A stretch of 64,000 bases of DNA. Source: Fistulifera solaris. Its lineage: Eukaryota. Numbering within the stretch: position 1 is the first letter of the stretch; every line of letters begins with the position of its first letter. The position numbers were made by a program, and so were the translations under genes. Below, piece by piece: positions 12,167 to 23,608 of this stretch. The stretch is from the NCBI GenBank assembly GCA_030295235.1, contig AP026130.1, positions 1,302,001-1,366,000 of the forward strand. Reading direction: 5' to 3'. Under the pieces are notes generated by a model. That model saw nothing but the letters and a program-made list of their open reading frames with translations, ran no database searches and was not told where the DNA came from.

Positions 12167-13111
12167 ATGAGCAACAACCCGAAACTTGAATTCAGCGCTG
12201 AAGATGAGGAAGAGGCCCCTTGGTACCGCGCCTTCATCTTTTCGGATGTGAGACCGCACGACTTCATTGAGGCCGGCAAGACACGTGCCCCGAAAGAGAT
12301 CGGATGCGCTTTTGCTGCGTCCTTTCTCGTGTCTCCGTTAGTTTCGATCATCGACAAGTGCATTGTGCAAGATATCTCTGGTTCAGGCAAGTTCATGGAC
12401 GCTATTAAGAAAGCTTCCTACGAAATGGTTGCGCAGCCACGCACTTTCTTCGGTGGCTTGTCCTTCCGTTTGACCTTTGCTGTCTACTTCGGTACCTATG
12501 CTGTTGCCAACCTTGCTGAAATGTTCCTCGATGTACAGAAGATTCGCGATGATGAGACCCGTAAGCAAAGAAAGGTCGCGGCGTCGGCTGTGGCGAACAT
12601 TTCTTTGCTAGCATGGCGCGATTCCGTCTTTGCCAAGGCGTTCGGTAATGCGGCGGCTGCGAAGCGAAAGACTCCCTTGCGTACCTTCGGCTTGTTTGCT
12701 GCCCGTGATACAGCCACCATGTACGCTACCTTCTACGCTGCTCCTCGTGCCGCCAAGTACTTGGAGCATGAAAGAGGCTGGGAACGTAACACTGCAGAAT
12801 TGTCCATGGCGTTGGCGATTCCTGTTACGACTCAAGTCTTGACTGCCCCGATTCACATTCACGCCATGGATTACTTCAATGTTCCCCAGGCAACTACCGC
12901 TGAACGCTTTGCTACAATCAAGAAAGAGTTCAACACCGTCTCGTTTGCACGCGGTCTACGTATTCTTCCAGCTTTCGGTATCGGGTCTTTCTCCAACAAC
13001 AAGTTCCGTGAATTGTTCATCCGCGGACAAGATGAATCCAAGTTTTACCGCAAGCGCTTGACGACCTTGTATGACGCCGCGAGACGAAATACTACCAAGG
13101 CCTCCAACTAA
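12167..13111 (+). CDS. Uncharacterised mitochondrial-carrier-like membrane protein (paralog B)
   Basis: 314-aa intact ORF with motifs LVSPLVSIIDK, YFGTYAVAN, FAARD, APIHIHAMDYFN and ARGLRILPAFGIG. These resemble an uncharacterised fungal/protist membrane protein family with carrier-like features. Confidence 0.85.
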   Translation: MSNNPKLEFSAEDEEEAPWYRAFIFSDVRPHDFIEAGKTRAPKEIGCAFAASFLVSPLVSIIDKCIVQDISGSGKFMDAIKKASYEMVAQPRTFFGGLSFRLTFAVYFGTYAVANLAEMFLDVQKIRDDETRKQRKVAASAVANISLLAWRDSVFAKAFGNAAAAKRKTPLRTFGLFAARDTATMYATFYAAPRAAKYLEHERGWERNTAELSMALAIPVTTQVLTAPIHIHAMDYFNVPQATTAERFATIKKEFNTVSFARGLRILPAFGIGSFSNNKFRELFIRGQDESKFYRKRLTTLYDAARRNTTKASN

Positions 13112-13764
13112 TTGTCCGAAACACACCCTTTTTCGAGCAAGTTTTTAATTGTTACTAATTTTATCTTATAGTCGAACGTTTCACTTATTCACACAAACAT
13201 CTGCTCCGTCAATTATCCTAAGCAAGTAAATATAGCCCCAGCGGTTACCAAAGCTTTATCAGACGCTTTGGAGGGACCTTTTTGTTTTCCAAAATGGAGG
13301 AAAATGAGAAGTCCATTGTTTACAGAAGTTCTAGATCTGATATTTCATACTTGGGCATAGTTCAAATGTAAAGATATAGCTATGACGCAACGAAACGTAC
13401 GTTCTAATCCAGAGAGGTCTCCCTAGTTTAGTCAATCGTGCGTGCGTCGTGCGACGTGCGAAGGATGGTCGGAGTTTAAGATTCACTGTAGAAAATCGAG
13501 TACGAATTGAGTACACTACAGTTTAGTGTACTCAGCGCTGTTCAACGGATGCATTTTGTCGATAAGCGCAAGGATAAGCGCAGCAGCAACGCGTCTCGCG
13601 TTAACCTCGTCCGCAACGCAATGATGAAGACGGGCGCTGTATCTTGTTAATTGCTCCGGTAATATTTCATTTGCGTAGCTTTCTTTTTATCATTGAGCCA
13701 CGTTCGAAACTTACGTGTGTTTTTAGCAGACAGTATTTGACTTGCAAGAAGCGGAAAGAAAACG

Positions 13765-16700
13765 ATGGCGGAAAGCAGTGCGATGAGTTACGTGCCGACG
13801 GCAGAGGAAGTGGTGCGTATTTTGTTTGATGTTATTAAGTGCTCATCCAGCATCGCGCAAAGTCCCTCTCACCTTCCCTTCACATTGAATATGAACTTAG
13901 CCTTATTACAATGCACTCTTTGCGATGGCGGATACTCAACGTGGTGGCTCGATCGGAGGAGCTCAGGCTGTGCAATTTTTCTCTCGGTCTAAGCTACCGG
14001 TAGAAGTACTCAAGAACGTTTGGACGATCGCGGATCAACCCACGACGAACTCTTTGGATAGGCCTAAATTCGCTGTTGCGGTAAGACTCATTCAACTCAT
14101 TCAAAATGGAGTGAAAGGTCAAGGAACGGATTTGCGAGCACCAGAAGGAGTCGTTTTGAAGCCTGCGTTTTTGAAGGAGTGCCTTTGCCTCCTGCAGAAG
14201 CTCCCCCTCAGCAACAGCAAATGCAGCAGCCTGCTCCTCCGGCGCAGCAACCAGCCCCTCCTGCCCCGCAGATGCAGCAAGCGCAGCCTCCGAATATGCC
14301 CCCTCGCCCTCCGATGCAGCAGCCACAGCCACCGCCCGGACCACCCCAGGACAATCGAGCTTTGACGGTTCAAGATCCTTATATGCTAACTCCTACCGAA
14401 CAAGCTCGTTACGAGGAACTTTTCCCCACGTATGCTCAACCAGATGGTTTTGTTTACGGAAAGGAAGCTGTTGAACTATTCTCGAAATCGGGTGTTCCTC
14501 AGAACAATCTAGCAGCAATCTGGAAAATGGTGGATGAACCTGTCGATAATCGTCTCGACAAATTGGAGTTTGCCATGGCTATGCACTTGATTGTGTGCGT
14601 GTCGAGAAAGAACTTGCCGATGCCTCCGTCTTTGCCGATCTCACTGAAACAACTTAGGTCGCAACGTCCTCAGCAGTCCCCTGGATTGTCACCGCAACCT
14701 ACTTCACCCGAGGCACTCCCCAATTCTTCTCCGCAAATGCAACCGCAACAAGGCATGCTCCCTCCACCCATGCAGTCGCAGCCGGGCATGGGCATGCCGC
14801 CTCCGCAAATGCAGCCTCAGCAGGGAATGGGAATGCCTCCTTCGCAAATGCAGCCACAGCCACCTCAGGGAATGGGCATGCCTCCTCCGCAAATGCAGCC
14901 TCAGCAGGGTGCCGGCATGCCTTCTCCACCGATGCAGCCACAGCAGGCGATGGGCGTGCCCCCTCCGCAGATGATGCAACAACCTGGTTCTCCCAAACCC
15001 CAGATGCAATTTCCTCCGCAATCTATCCCAAGTCCGCCTAGAAGTTCCATGGGTATGGGCATGCCTCCTCCGCCCTTGCAGTCTTGGAGTGCTCCCTCTA
15101 TGGAGCAAAGTCACATGAAGCACGAAAGCATTGGAGGAAATGTGTCTGTCATGTCGCAACTATCGGCACCGCCTCCGTTGCCTACCGGTGGAGCAAGCAT
15201 ATCGGACGCCTTCGATGGATTAGATGGTATGGGATCTGGACCGACAGACATGAATAGTTACTTGGCGTCGGCGCCGCCTGTTCACACCGTTTCGTCCTTT
15301 GATGCCGCGAATCAGCAGGAAGAAGCCCCGTACCTCCGCCTCCACCCGTCACAATGCAGCCAGAGTCGCCCGCTCCGCAGGTCAAACCTCATTTTGAAAT
15401 GCCGCCGCACATACGCTCGGCGATGCTGACAACCGGTCACAGTACTACTTCTGAAAGTCAAGATTTGGAACAACTAAGGGAGATTCTGCAAAAACTCCAG
15501 GCAGAAAATATTGCACTTAAAGCTCAGATGGGTCATCTCGCCGAGGAAGAATCTGTAGTTACGAAGCAGGTTTCTCAAACAGCTGCAGAGCTAAGTCAGT
15601 TATCCAGTCAGCTGACTCAAGTTCGGGCGCAAATGCTCGCCAGTAAGGCACGCTTGATGGAAGCAACAGCGGAACTGAACGCCGCTAAAGAGCGAAAAGG
15701 GTACGTGGAAATGGATTAATCGTGAGATCAGTGCTGGCTAAGAATTGCCTGAGAACTAACTTCTTTAACACTTTGTAGTGTGATTCAAGATTTGATTACA
15801 GAAGTGACTTCTACGAAAGAGGCAATTGACGATGCTACACGAGGGGTAGAAGAGAGTCTGCAACAAATGAAGCTCCAATCCGTTCCGCCACCCTTGCCTC
15901 AAACTAACTCTCTCGACGGAGATCTCTTTGGTTTTGATGCCGCGCCAGCTCCCGCCCCTGCGCTTGAAGAAAGTGCTGTACCGGAGCCGCCTAGTCGTTA
16001 TGAATCTCCACAATACACCGCTCCTCAGGAACCGATGCAACCCCAGGGGCACCAGGACAACTTTATTCAAACTGTGCCATCACAGGCATCTTACGACGAC
16101 AGCATTAACGGTCACAAACGTGATAACTCTTCTGGTTGGTTTTCTGGCGGAATTATGGGTGGAGAGTTCGGTGGGGCGATGGGACAAACCACCACTGCGC
16201 CCTTGTCGCTTAGTGCTAGCACGGGGAATGTGCTCTCGCCTCAAGCTATCAACGAGTTGAAAGCAAAGCACAGAGAGGCTGAAAATGTAGCTCGCGACGC
16301 GGAAGAATCCCGGCGTCAAATTGTTGCCCAAACGGATGAGCTCAGGCGTTTGGCCGACGAGGCGGAAAAGAACTTAAGAGAGTATTCGAAGGAAACCGAT
16401 GACAAAAAGAAAAAAGAAAGGGATGTTTGGAAGTGGACGAGGGAAAAAGAAGGATGAGGTACGTCTTGCAAACCAGATCTTGTTTTAAAAGCTTAACACG
16501 GTGTCCGATTCTAAAATTTTATTTGATCGCAGAAACATGCTAGCGATCTAGCAGAGGATGCCCGAACAAAGAAAGAAGCTTTTATGCAGGCACAATCACA
16601 GCTGAATGACGCAACATCGTTGGCAAAAGACACGAAAGCCGAAGTAGAAAGACTGGCGAAGGAGATTGAAGATGCTGAGATTTCTGCAGCGTCTGCAGCG

Positions 16701-16937
16701 TCGATGGAATCGGCACCGCCGCAACATCAGCCGCAATCATCTCTCCCGTCATATTACCCCCCTGCCGAGAGCCAATCTCAACAACCTAATTACGGCGGGT
16801 ATTCGGAAAGCCCATACGGTGTCATGGGAGGGCCTTCGAACTCACCCTACAATCCTTCTGTCATGGGTGGAGGCGGCTTTGAGATCCCCACACCAAGTGC
16901 TACTTACGATGTATACGACAACCCTTTTGCATCTTAG
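13765..16937 (+). CDS. EH-domain endocytic scaffold (Eps15/Ede1-like); multi-exon, several homopolymer frameshifts
   Basis: Two EH domains (GAQAVQFFSRSKLPVEVLKNVWTIAD...FAVAVRLI; GKEAVELFSKSGVPQNNLAAIWKMVD...EFAMAMHLI), Pro/Gln/Met repeats, coiled coils, C-terminal NPF. Introns near 13820, 15700-15778 and 16459-16532. Confidence 0.88.
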
Positions 16938-17401
16938 TCATCATCAACCTGCACTCTAAGGATTGTAATTAGTCGGAGTCACATCAGTTGGTGCTTTCTT
17001 TTCACATGACATAGTTCATAGGGTTAGTTTTTCTTTGCTGTAACCTTATTCGTCGTTATAATACGTACAAAAAAGCGTTGCTCGTGACTCAAGAATGAAT
17101 TCCAGTCGTGGTAATGTTGACAGTGATGAAGGCCCTTTGACTTACACGTGTCACGTTAGTTTTTCATGCAGCAGTTTGCAGTTTTGTTCATTCATTCGCA
17201 TTCCTCATGAATTCAAATCATCTTTCTTTATAATATTAAAAAAGTCTTTCAGTCTCTTCCCACAAGGATTTGTTGGTTATCTCTTATGAATTAGCGGAGC
17301 GTGTCCTCTGGCAAGAGTGAAGTTAGTGTGAGATTTTACGTCACGAAATCATTGCATTTCTCGTTTCCACTGTTTTCTCTACCAATTCATGTCCGGCTAG
17401 A

Positions 17402-17950
17402 ATGATTATGGAACGCAGACGCAATGATCCGAACGAGGAAGAAGGCCGCGCTGTCAAACGAAGACGGACAGCCATTTTAGACGCATTTCAATCAATCTCT
17501 TTGACTCGAGAATCGCCGCAGCGCGATGAATCGATGAGTACGACTGCGAGCAGTTACTTTGATGATGTCGGAAACACTGATGAGGATGATGACGATGAAA
17601 GTGACGTAGTTGAAGCGACGCTACTCTCCGATCGAGAAGAAGTAGAACGACAAGTCATGTTTGATTTGGCTTTCGGTAGACCTACAGGAACACGGAGACA
17701 CCCTATTGACGAAAAGGTAGAAGAATGGATTCGTCGTGACTATTTGATGAGGCAACGCTTTGAACGAAATATTTCTCCGTCAGCTCCGCATCAAGATGAT
17801 ATGCATTTAGACCACGGAACCGTTTACAGAGAACAGTCCGGATTTTCGTCATCCCCTACGATGGTGTACTCTTCGTTACAAAGGTCGCAATCGTTGTCTG
17901 ACCTCAAACAAGCCGTCGACGATAGCATGGACATTGATATGACTGATTAA
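17402..17950 (+). CDS. Hypothetical protein (acidic, basic NLS-like patch)
   Basis: 182-aa ATG-initiated ORF with protein-like composition; no recognised domain. Confidence 0.6.
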   Translation: MIMERRRNDPNEEEGRAVKRRRTAILDAFQSISLTRESPQRDESMSTTASSYFDDVGNTDEDDDDESDVVEATLLSDREEVERQVMFDLAFGRPTGTRRHPIDEKVEEWIRRDYLMRQRFERNISPSAPHQDDMHLDHGTVYREQSGFSSSPTMVYSSLQRSQSLSDLKQAVDDSMDIDMTD

Positions 17951-19197
17951 TTATCGAAAGGGTGCGATTCATTCTGAAATGGGGGAATAAGTGAATTACT
18001 CGTTGATGTTTTAAGGTCGTGCTCTTGGTCAACGGGCATCTCTAGACTTTCAATTAGATGCTGCCTGCGGGAATTCCAACTCTTACGTTGGGAGCAACTC
18101 ATTGAAGGTCTCATGGTGGCGAACTCCAGTGCGAAAATGTCCTTAAAGTTAATTGAAAGGAAAAGACTCAGCATCTATACTATCTTTCACAAGACAAAGT
18201 TGGTGATAGGTTAACCACGCGTCCGATGTAAAATTTTACCGGAAGTTACAGTATGGGTACTTTCAAGACATTGGATGAGAATAGAGAGATGACGGTCCCA
18301 CCCTGTTTCCAAGAGCTTCCATTCCTGGCGTTCTTCGCTGTCGCGAGATGTGTTTCTTTCCGAAAAAGTCGACTTTTTTAATGGAATTTGGTTACAAAGA
18401 TTAATTCTACCCTGTCAATCTGATCACTATTACAAAGAAATAGAACGGTATATCTCGGACTCGTTGCCTCTCAAACTTGAAGCATTAGTTTCGAGTTACG
18501 GGTAGTCCGTTTTGCTGCATGGAATCATGTACGGCCACTACGCTATTAGTATCCTTTAGGGACGCAAACTGCTAAAAGATGACTAAAATATATAAGTTAC
18601 GTAAATAATTAGCAGAATTTCCACTCTCTGAAACGCTAGATCAAGATACAAAGCACCACATTCCACAATTTGCGACCTTAGCTCTAGCTTTTCCGATCAA
18701 TGACGAACACATCAAAGGGTAAGGTTTGCTGGCCTTGCGACATGGTACAGTAAGGTTACAGCTAAACAAACTTACGTAAAGGCCCAACAGAAATGACCGC
18801 AATGGTCATCGGTCATCAGTGTTATACTGGAAGCCGGAACTTTCCTTAAACCGAAACCACATAATATAAGAAATAAGAACCAAGACACAAAACCTAACCG
18901 GCATTAAGGACTATGAGTACATGGGTACACGTGTACCGTAAAAGGGATAGGTCATAGGAACGAAAGAATTGTACACTTATCGGTATAGACAGATGCCCAA
19001 TCGGGTTTCATCTTCTTGAACTGTATCAGTATTGTAGTACTCAACCTTTCGTCCTGGTCATTTGGTCATCGGTGAACAACAAAACAAGAAACTGGAAAGC
19101 GGAGTGCCACAAGTGCCTCATAAATGTCGATTGACACCACTTTTTGGCCAACCGACTCATTGTTTTCATTATTTCTTTTCATAACATCATCGGCATC

Positions 19198-20573
19198 ATG
19201 ACGCTCACATCGCTTTCATTGACGCTGTCTCTCATCTTTATTTTCATAACAAATATTGAGGCTCATGGCGGCCTCGTTTCCCCTCGTAGCCGCAATCAAG
19301 TCGCCCGCGTGCAAGGCTCGGAGACCTCTCGACAAGGTGTACCAAAGCCTGAGTATTGCTGGCAATGCTTGAACCGCAACAATGGAGTTTGCGGTAAGGC
19401 CGGGTCGAATGACTATGATGCTTGGGTTGATTCAACAGGGAAGCCAATGCCGTGGTCATCGGAAGCTACTTATCAAGCTGGTCAAATCATTCAGGTCGAA
19501 TTGGAGATTACTGCCAATCACTGGGGCCACTTCGAGTTTCGTGCGTGCCCAAAAGGAAGACAGACGACTCAGAGCTGTTTGGACCAGTATCCTTTGGAGT
19601 TTGTCCAAGATGTTAGCTACGGAATGCCAAAAGACTTGAATTATCCCGAGCGTGGTTACATTACTGGAGACAAATCGAGATTCGTCATGAAATTCCGTTT
19701 GCCGAATAACTTGTCCGGATCGCAAGTTCTTCTTCAGGTAAGGTGTTTTCGTAATTGTGCATAACGTCTTCATCGGCCGTTCCTCCCATCTCACCTCATG
19801 TCTGCTTTTATTCAAACAGTGGAGATACATTACCGCAAACTCGTAAGTGCATGGCACAAAAGTGATAGGAAAGATTGCCAAACACAACAAAAACTTACAG
19901 TTTGTTCACGCAGATGCAATCCTCCGGGTTACAAATCCTATTTCAATGGCTCAACCAATGCTGATAAGAAGGTCATCAACAGCCAGTATGTCAACATACT
20001 TCCAGATTGCCAACTTCCGTTGTCAGTTGTTGGTGATGGTGTCCCGGAACAATTCTGGAATTGCGCTGAAAGTAAGTGCCGAAATCTTTCCTTGCAGAGT
20101 GTAACTTGATATCGTCATTGCTTATACTTTTCGCTTCACATTTAGTTTCCGTGGGTCCGACATCGCCAAGTACGCCAGTTGCTCCAATTCCGAGCCCCGT
20201 GCGAGCGCCCAGCCCCGTCAGCCTACCCACACCCGTACGAGTTCCCACTCCAGTCTCTACTCCAGTCCGTGCACCAGCTCCAACGCCTGTCACTTCTCCT
20301 GTTCGAGCCCCCGCTGTATCTCCGGTGAATCAGTCGGGCTCTAGCACTGGATGCTGCTCTCATGATTTCAAAACCTGCATCAATTGGTGCGGATCCACCA
20401 GATCCCAGTGCCTCGCTTGTCGACCGGATGTGACATGGCTTTCCAGTGGAAGCCTCCAGTCATCGACGTGTTCCGCGCGTTGGGGAGCCTGCAATGGCCG
20501 ACGCCAAAAGTGTTGTGCCGGTTTGGTTTGCAAAAGGCAGAATGCTTGGTATTCTCAATGCACAACTCCTTGA
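19198..20573 (+). CDS. Lytic polysaccharide monooxygenase, AA15-like (chitin-binding type-4 fold), with P/T linker and C-terminal Cys-rich/CBM1-like module; 4 exons
   Basis: Signal peptide then mature N-terminal His (EA-HGGLVSPRSRN), second His ITANHWGHFEF, LLQWRYITANSC, EQFWNCAEI. GT-AG introns 19738-19819, 19843-19913 and 20072-20145 restore the frame. Confidence 0.9.
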
Positions 20574-21869
20574 TTCCATTACGAAGAGATTATCTTTAAT
20601 TTATACTATCACTATAGAATTCATAACTCCTTGATCATAGTATTTTTAATGCACATTAAATATATGATGTGGGTACCATACCTTGAAGTGTAGCGGAACT
20701 TCGCCACGACTGCATATTATCTCAAAAATGAATTATCATTTTCCGAGTTGGAAAGCTACCTAAAACTAAATCATTATTTCAATTCGTAACTTTCATTAAC
20801 TAAAGCTTTCGTTATTTGTAATAAATTTTTCATCTTTGGGATACATGTCTCGCATTTATGATGTCGAATACTCCGGGGTACTTTTTCCACGACTGCATTT
20901 CAGTCCTGAACGCAGGGATTTTTTTGCGCGGCACGCATCGTCGCAAACAACACCATGGTGATGACGACAAGAGGACGCGCTACAAACAACACACATTTAT
21001 ATGCAAGCTAGAAAGAACGACAAGCTCTACGTCCTCGAAGAATTACATCGCTTTGTTCTTGTCGTCTTCACGCGACGAAGATCAAATGATATCTTTCGGA
21101 AACATCGAGCCAGAGGCGCTAGTGAGGTTGCAGAAGCAGCAGCAAAGCATCCGGACTACTGCTATTTTTTCGTGTCTTTGTCAGCTCCAACTCAAGAGTT
21201 GCGGGCAACCATCAGCGCTGTCTGTCGTTTTGCCGCAGGAGTGAACGTCGTACAAATGACACACTTACTGACAAGTATCGTTCCTCTTTCCCGGACGTGC
21301 GGAGTAGTAAAGGACTAGCAAGCGTCCGTCCCGTTGGGATGCAATCGTGATTGATCGGTAAACAGGGCCGTTACTATGTTCTTTTTAGACGAGAAAATGA
21401 CTCAAAACGCTGTTGTTGGCTAGAGAAACGGAGAAGGGGCGGAGACGATTGACAAATGCGGTCCAGTCAAGGATCAGTCCGCCGTTCGATCCTAGATACG
21501 ATGTCCGGACTGCACCGATTCGGTCCCTTGCATCCAATCTAGGCCAAGAACGACTTATCCACGATGAAGCGATGCCAGCTAAAGTTTAGTTGCACGCTTG
21601 ACTGGACCCTTTTCCTCGGGTGCGCATCGTCGAACTTGATACTAGGCTGGATCGGGTGATCGGGTGTTCGCAGAATACTCCATCAACCACCCAAGGATGC
21701 ACCATGTTGATAGTCAGGTCGATCCCTTCAGATTTCTCTTCATTGGAGGATATCTTAGTCCTAGGTTCTCGCAGGAAAGACCTGTCATGGAAATGATTTG
21801 GCAGGCATCACACCATTCTTCTCACAATTACAAAGTTTGCGCAAAACAACAAACATCTTATCCGGAATA

Positions 21870-23351
21870 ATGGAAGCTTCTCTCGTCTTTTTCGTTTGGA
21901 TGGCTACCGTGTTAGGCGCCGACGCGCTTCGTCATCGCAAGTTGGTACGAGCGCAAGCCGAGAAACGCATCGATCATGAATACATTGTCGTCTTTCGTGA
22001 AGGAACAAACTCGAAGGATAAGGTCGCAACGCTCACGGGAACGCTAACCGATTGCTCGTTCCGATTTACGTACGAAGACGATCAGTTTCAGGGTGCAGCG
22101 ATTGGCAACATGTCTGCGGTACAGCTCTCCACTATGTTGGAAGATCCGGATGTGTTGTTTATTGAAGAGGTACGTTTATGACAGATGGTGTGAACGATAG
22201 CTACACCAGCTAATGCTTACACTTGTATCACGTACTTTTACAAACGTTAGGACCAGATTGTGGAAGAATTCGCTGTTCAGGCAGCCCCGTCGTGGGGACT
22301 TGATCGCCTCGATGAATCCTCGTTCCCTTTGGATGGAAATTATGCATACACTTATACTGGAAGAGGTGTTAAGGCCTTTGTGATTGATAGTGGAATCGCG
22401 AATCATCCGGATTTGAGGAATCCGAAATGTGGATACACTCCGTTCGGCAGCTGCATCGACACGCGAGGACATGGTACTCATGTTGCAGGTATCATCGGCG
22501 GATCTACTCATGGAGTTGCGAAGCAAGTCGAGCTCGTTACTATTCGTGTATTTGATTCCGAGGGTAGAGGCAGTGCATCTGGTCTCATTGCGGGTCTTGA
22601 TTACATTCGCAAGGAGAAAAGAAATAACCCGCGACAGCCTATGGTCGTAAACATGTCCCTCGGTGGTGGCTACAGTCAAGCTATGAACAATATGGTCAAC
22701 AGTGTCGTGGATGCCGGAGTATTTGTAGCCGTGGCGGCGGGTAATACGAAAAATGACGCCTGTGGAACATCTCCAGCATCTGCGGAACGTGCCATGACAG
22801 TGGCATCCTCCAACAACTACGACGACCGTAGCAGCTTCTCCAATTACGGGCCTTGCGTCAACGTCTTTGCTCCTGGAGAGGGAATTATTTCTACCTGGTT
22901 AGACAATCGTTCCGTCCTCCGCTCTGGCACTAGCATGGCAAGCCCTCACGTTGCCGGTGTCGCCGCGTTGTATCTGGAGGCCAATCCGAGCTGGTCGCCT
23001 GCGCAGGTCATGAGTGCAATTGAAAATGATTCTGTGAAAGGAGTCATTAGCGACGTTCGCGGTGCGCCCAATCGTTTGTTGAATACTCAGAAAATCGGAG
23101 GAAATGGCGGAAGCGGTGGTGGAGGCGCAGGATGTTGCTCCTACAACTACAAGGACTGCATGGATATTAATGGCTGGTGTGGAACAACGCAAGATGAATG
23201 CACCAGGTGCCAGAGGGATGTGACTTGGCTGTCGAATGGGAAGCTCTCTGGTTGTTTGGCGCGCTGGGAGAATTGTTTACACGGAACTTGCTGCCCCGGC
23301 ATGACTTGCGAGTATGTGGGCAAGTGGTATTCGGCGTGCACTCCTGCCTAA
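21870..23351 (+). CDS. Secreted subtilisin/proteinase K-type S8 protease with I9 propeptide and C-terminal Cys-rich/CBM1-like module; 2 exons
   Basis: Signal peptide, EYIVVF propeptide, SWGLDRLD, catalytic triad VIDSG / HGTHVAG / GTSMASPHVAG; intron 22170-22250. Confidence 0.95.
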
Positions 23352-23608
23352 TCAGAAGTTAATACTCAGATAATAATCGACTTTCTGGTCATACGCAGTA
23401 TTCGGAGTATGAAATATAGCCAAATAATAGCTCATCCAAAGTACCCGGCGCAGGGATTGCCTAGCTATTGGCTATTGTACAGAGTTGTTTTAGAAGAAAT
23501 GCCATGACTACTAAGCTAGTCAAAAGCAAAGCCACAAGTTTTCTCTAAGAATGACAATGTAATACATTTATTGAAGCTCTAAATAGTATAATTACTGTGT
23601 TCGCCCAC

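Noticed and set aside
20858..21860. Short ORFs between the LPMO and the subtilase
   Set aside because: Overlapping short ORFs with stops and no recognisable domain. It may be a gene relic but cannot be supported.
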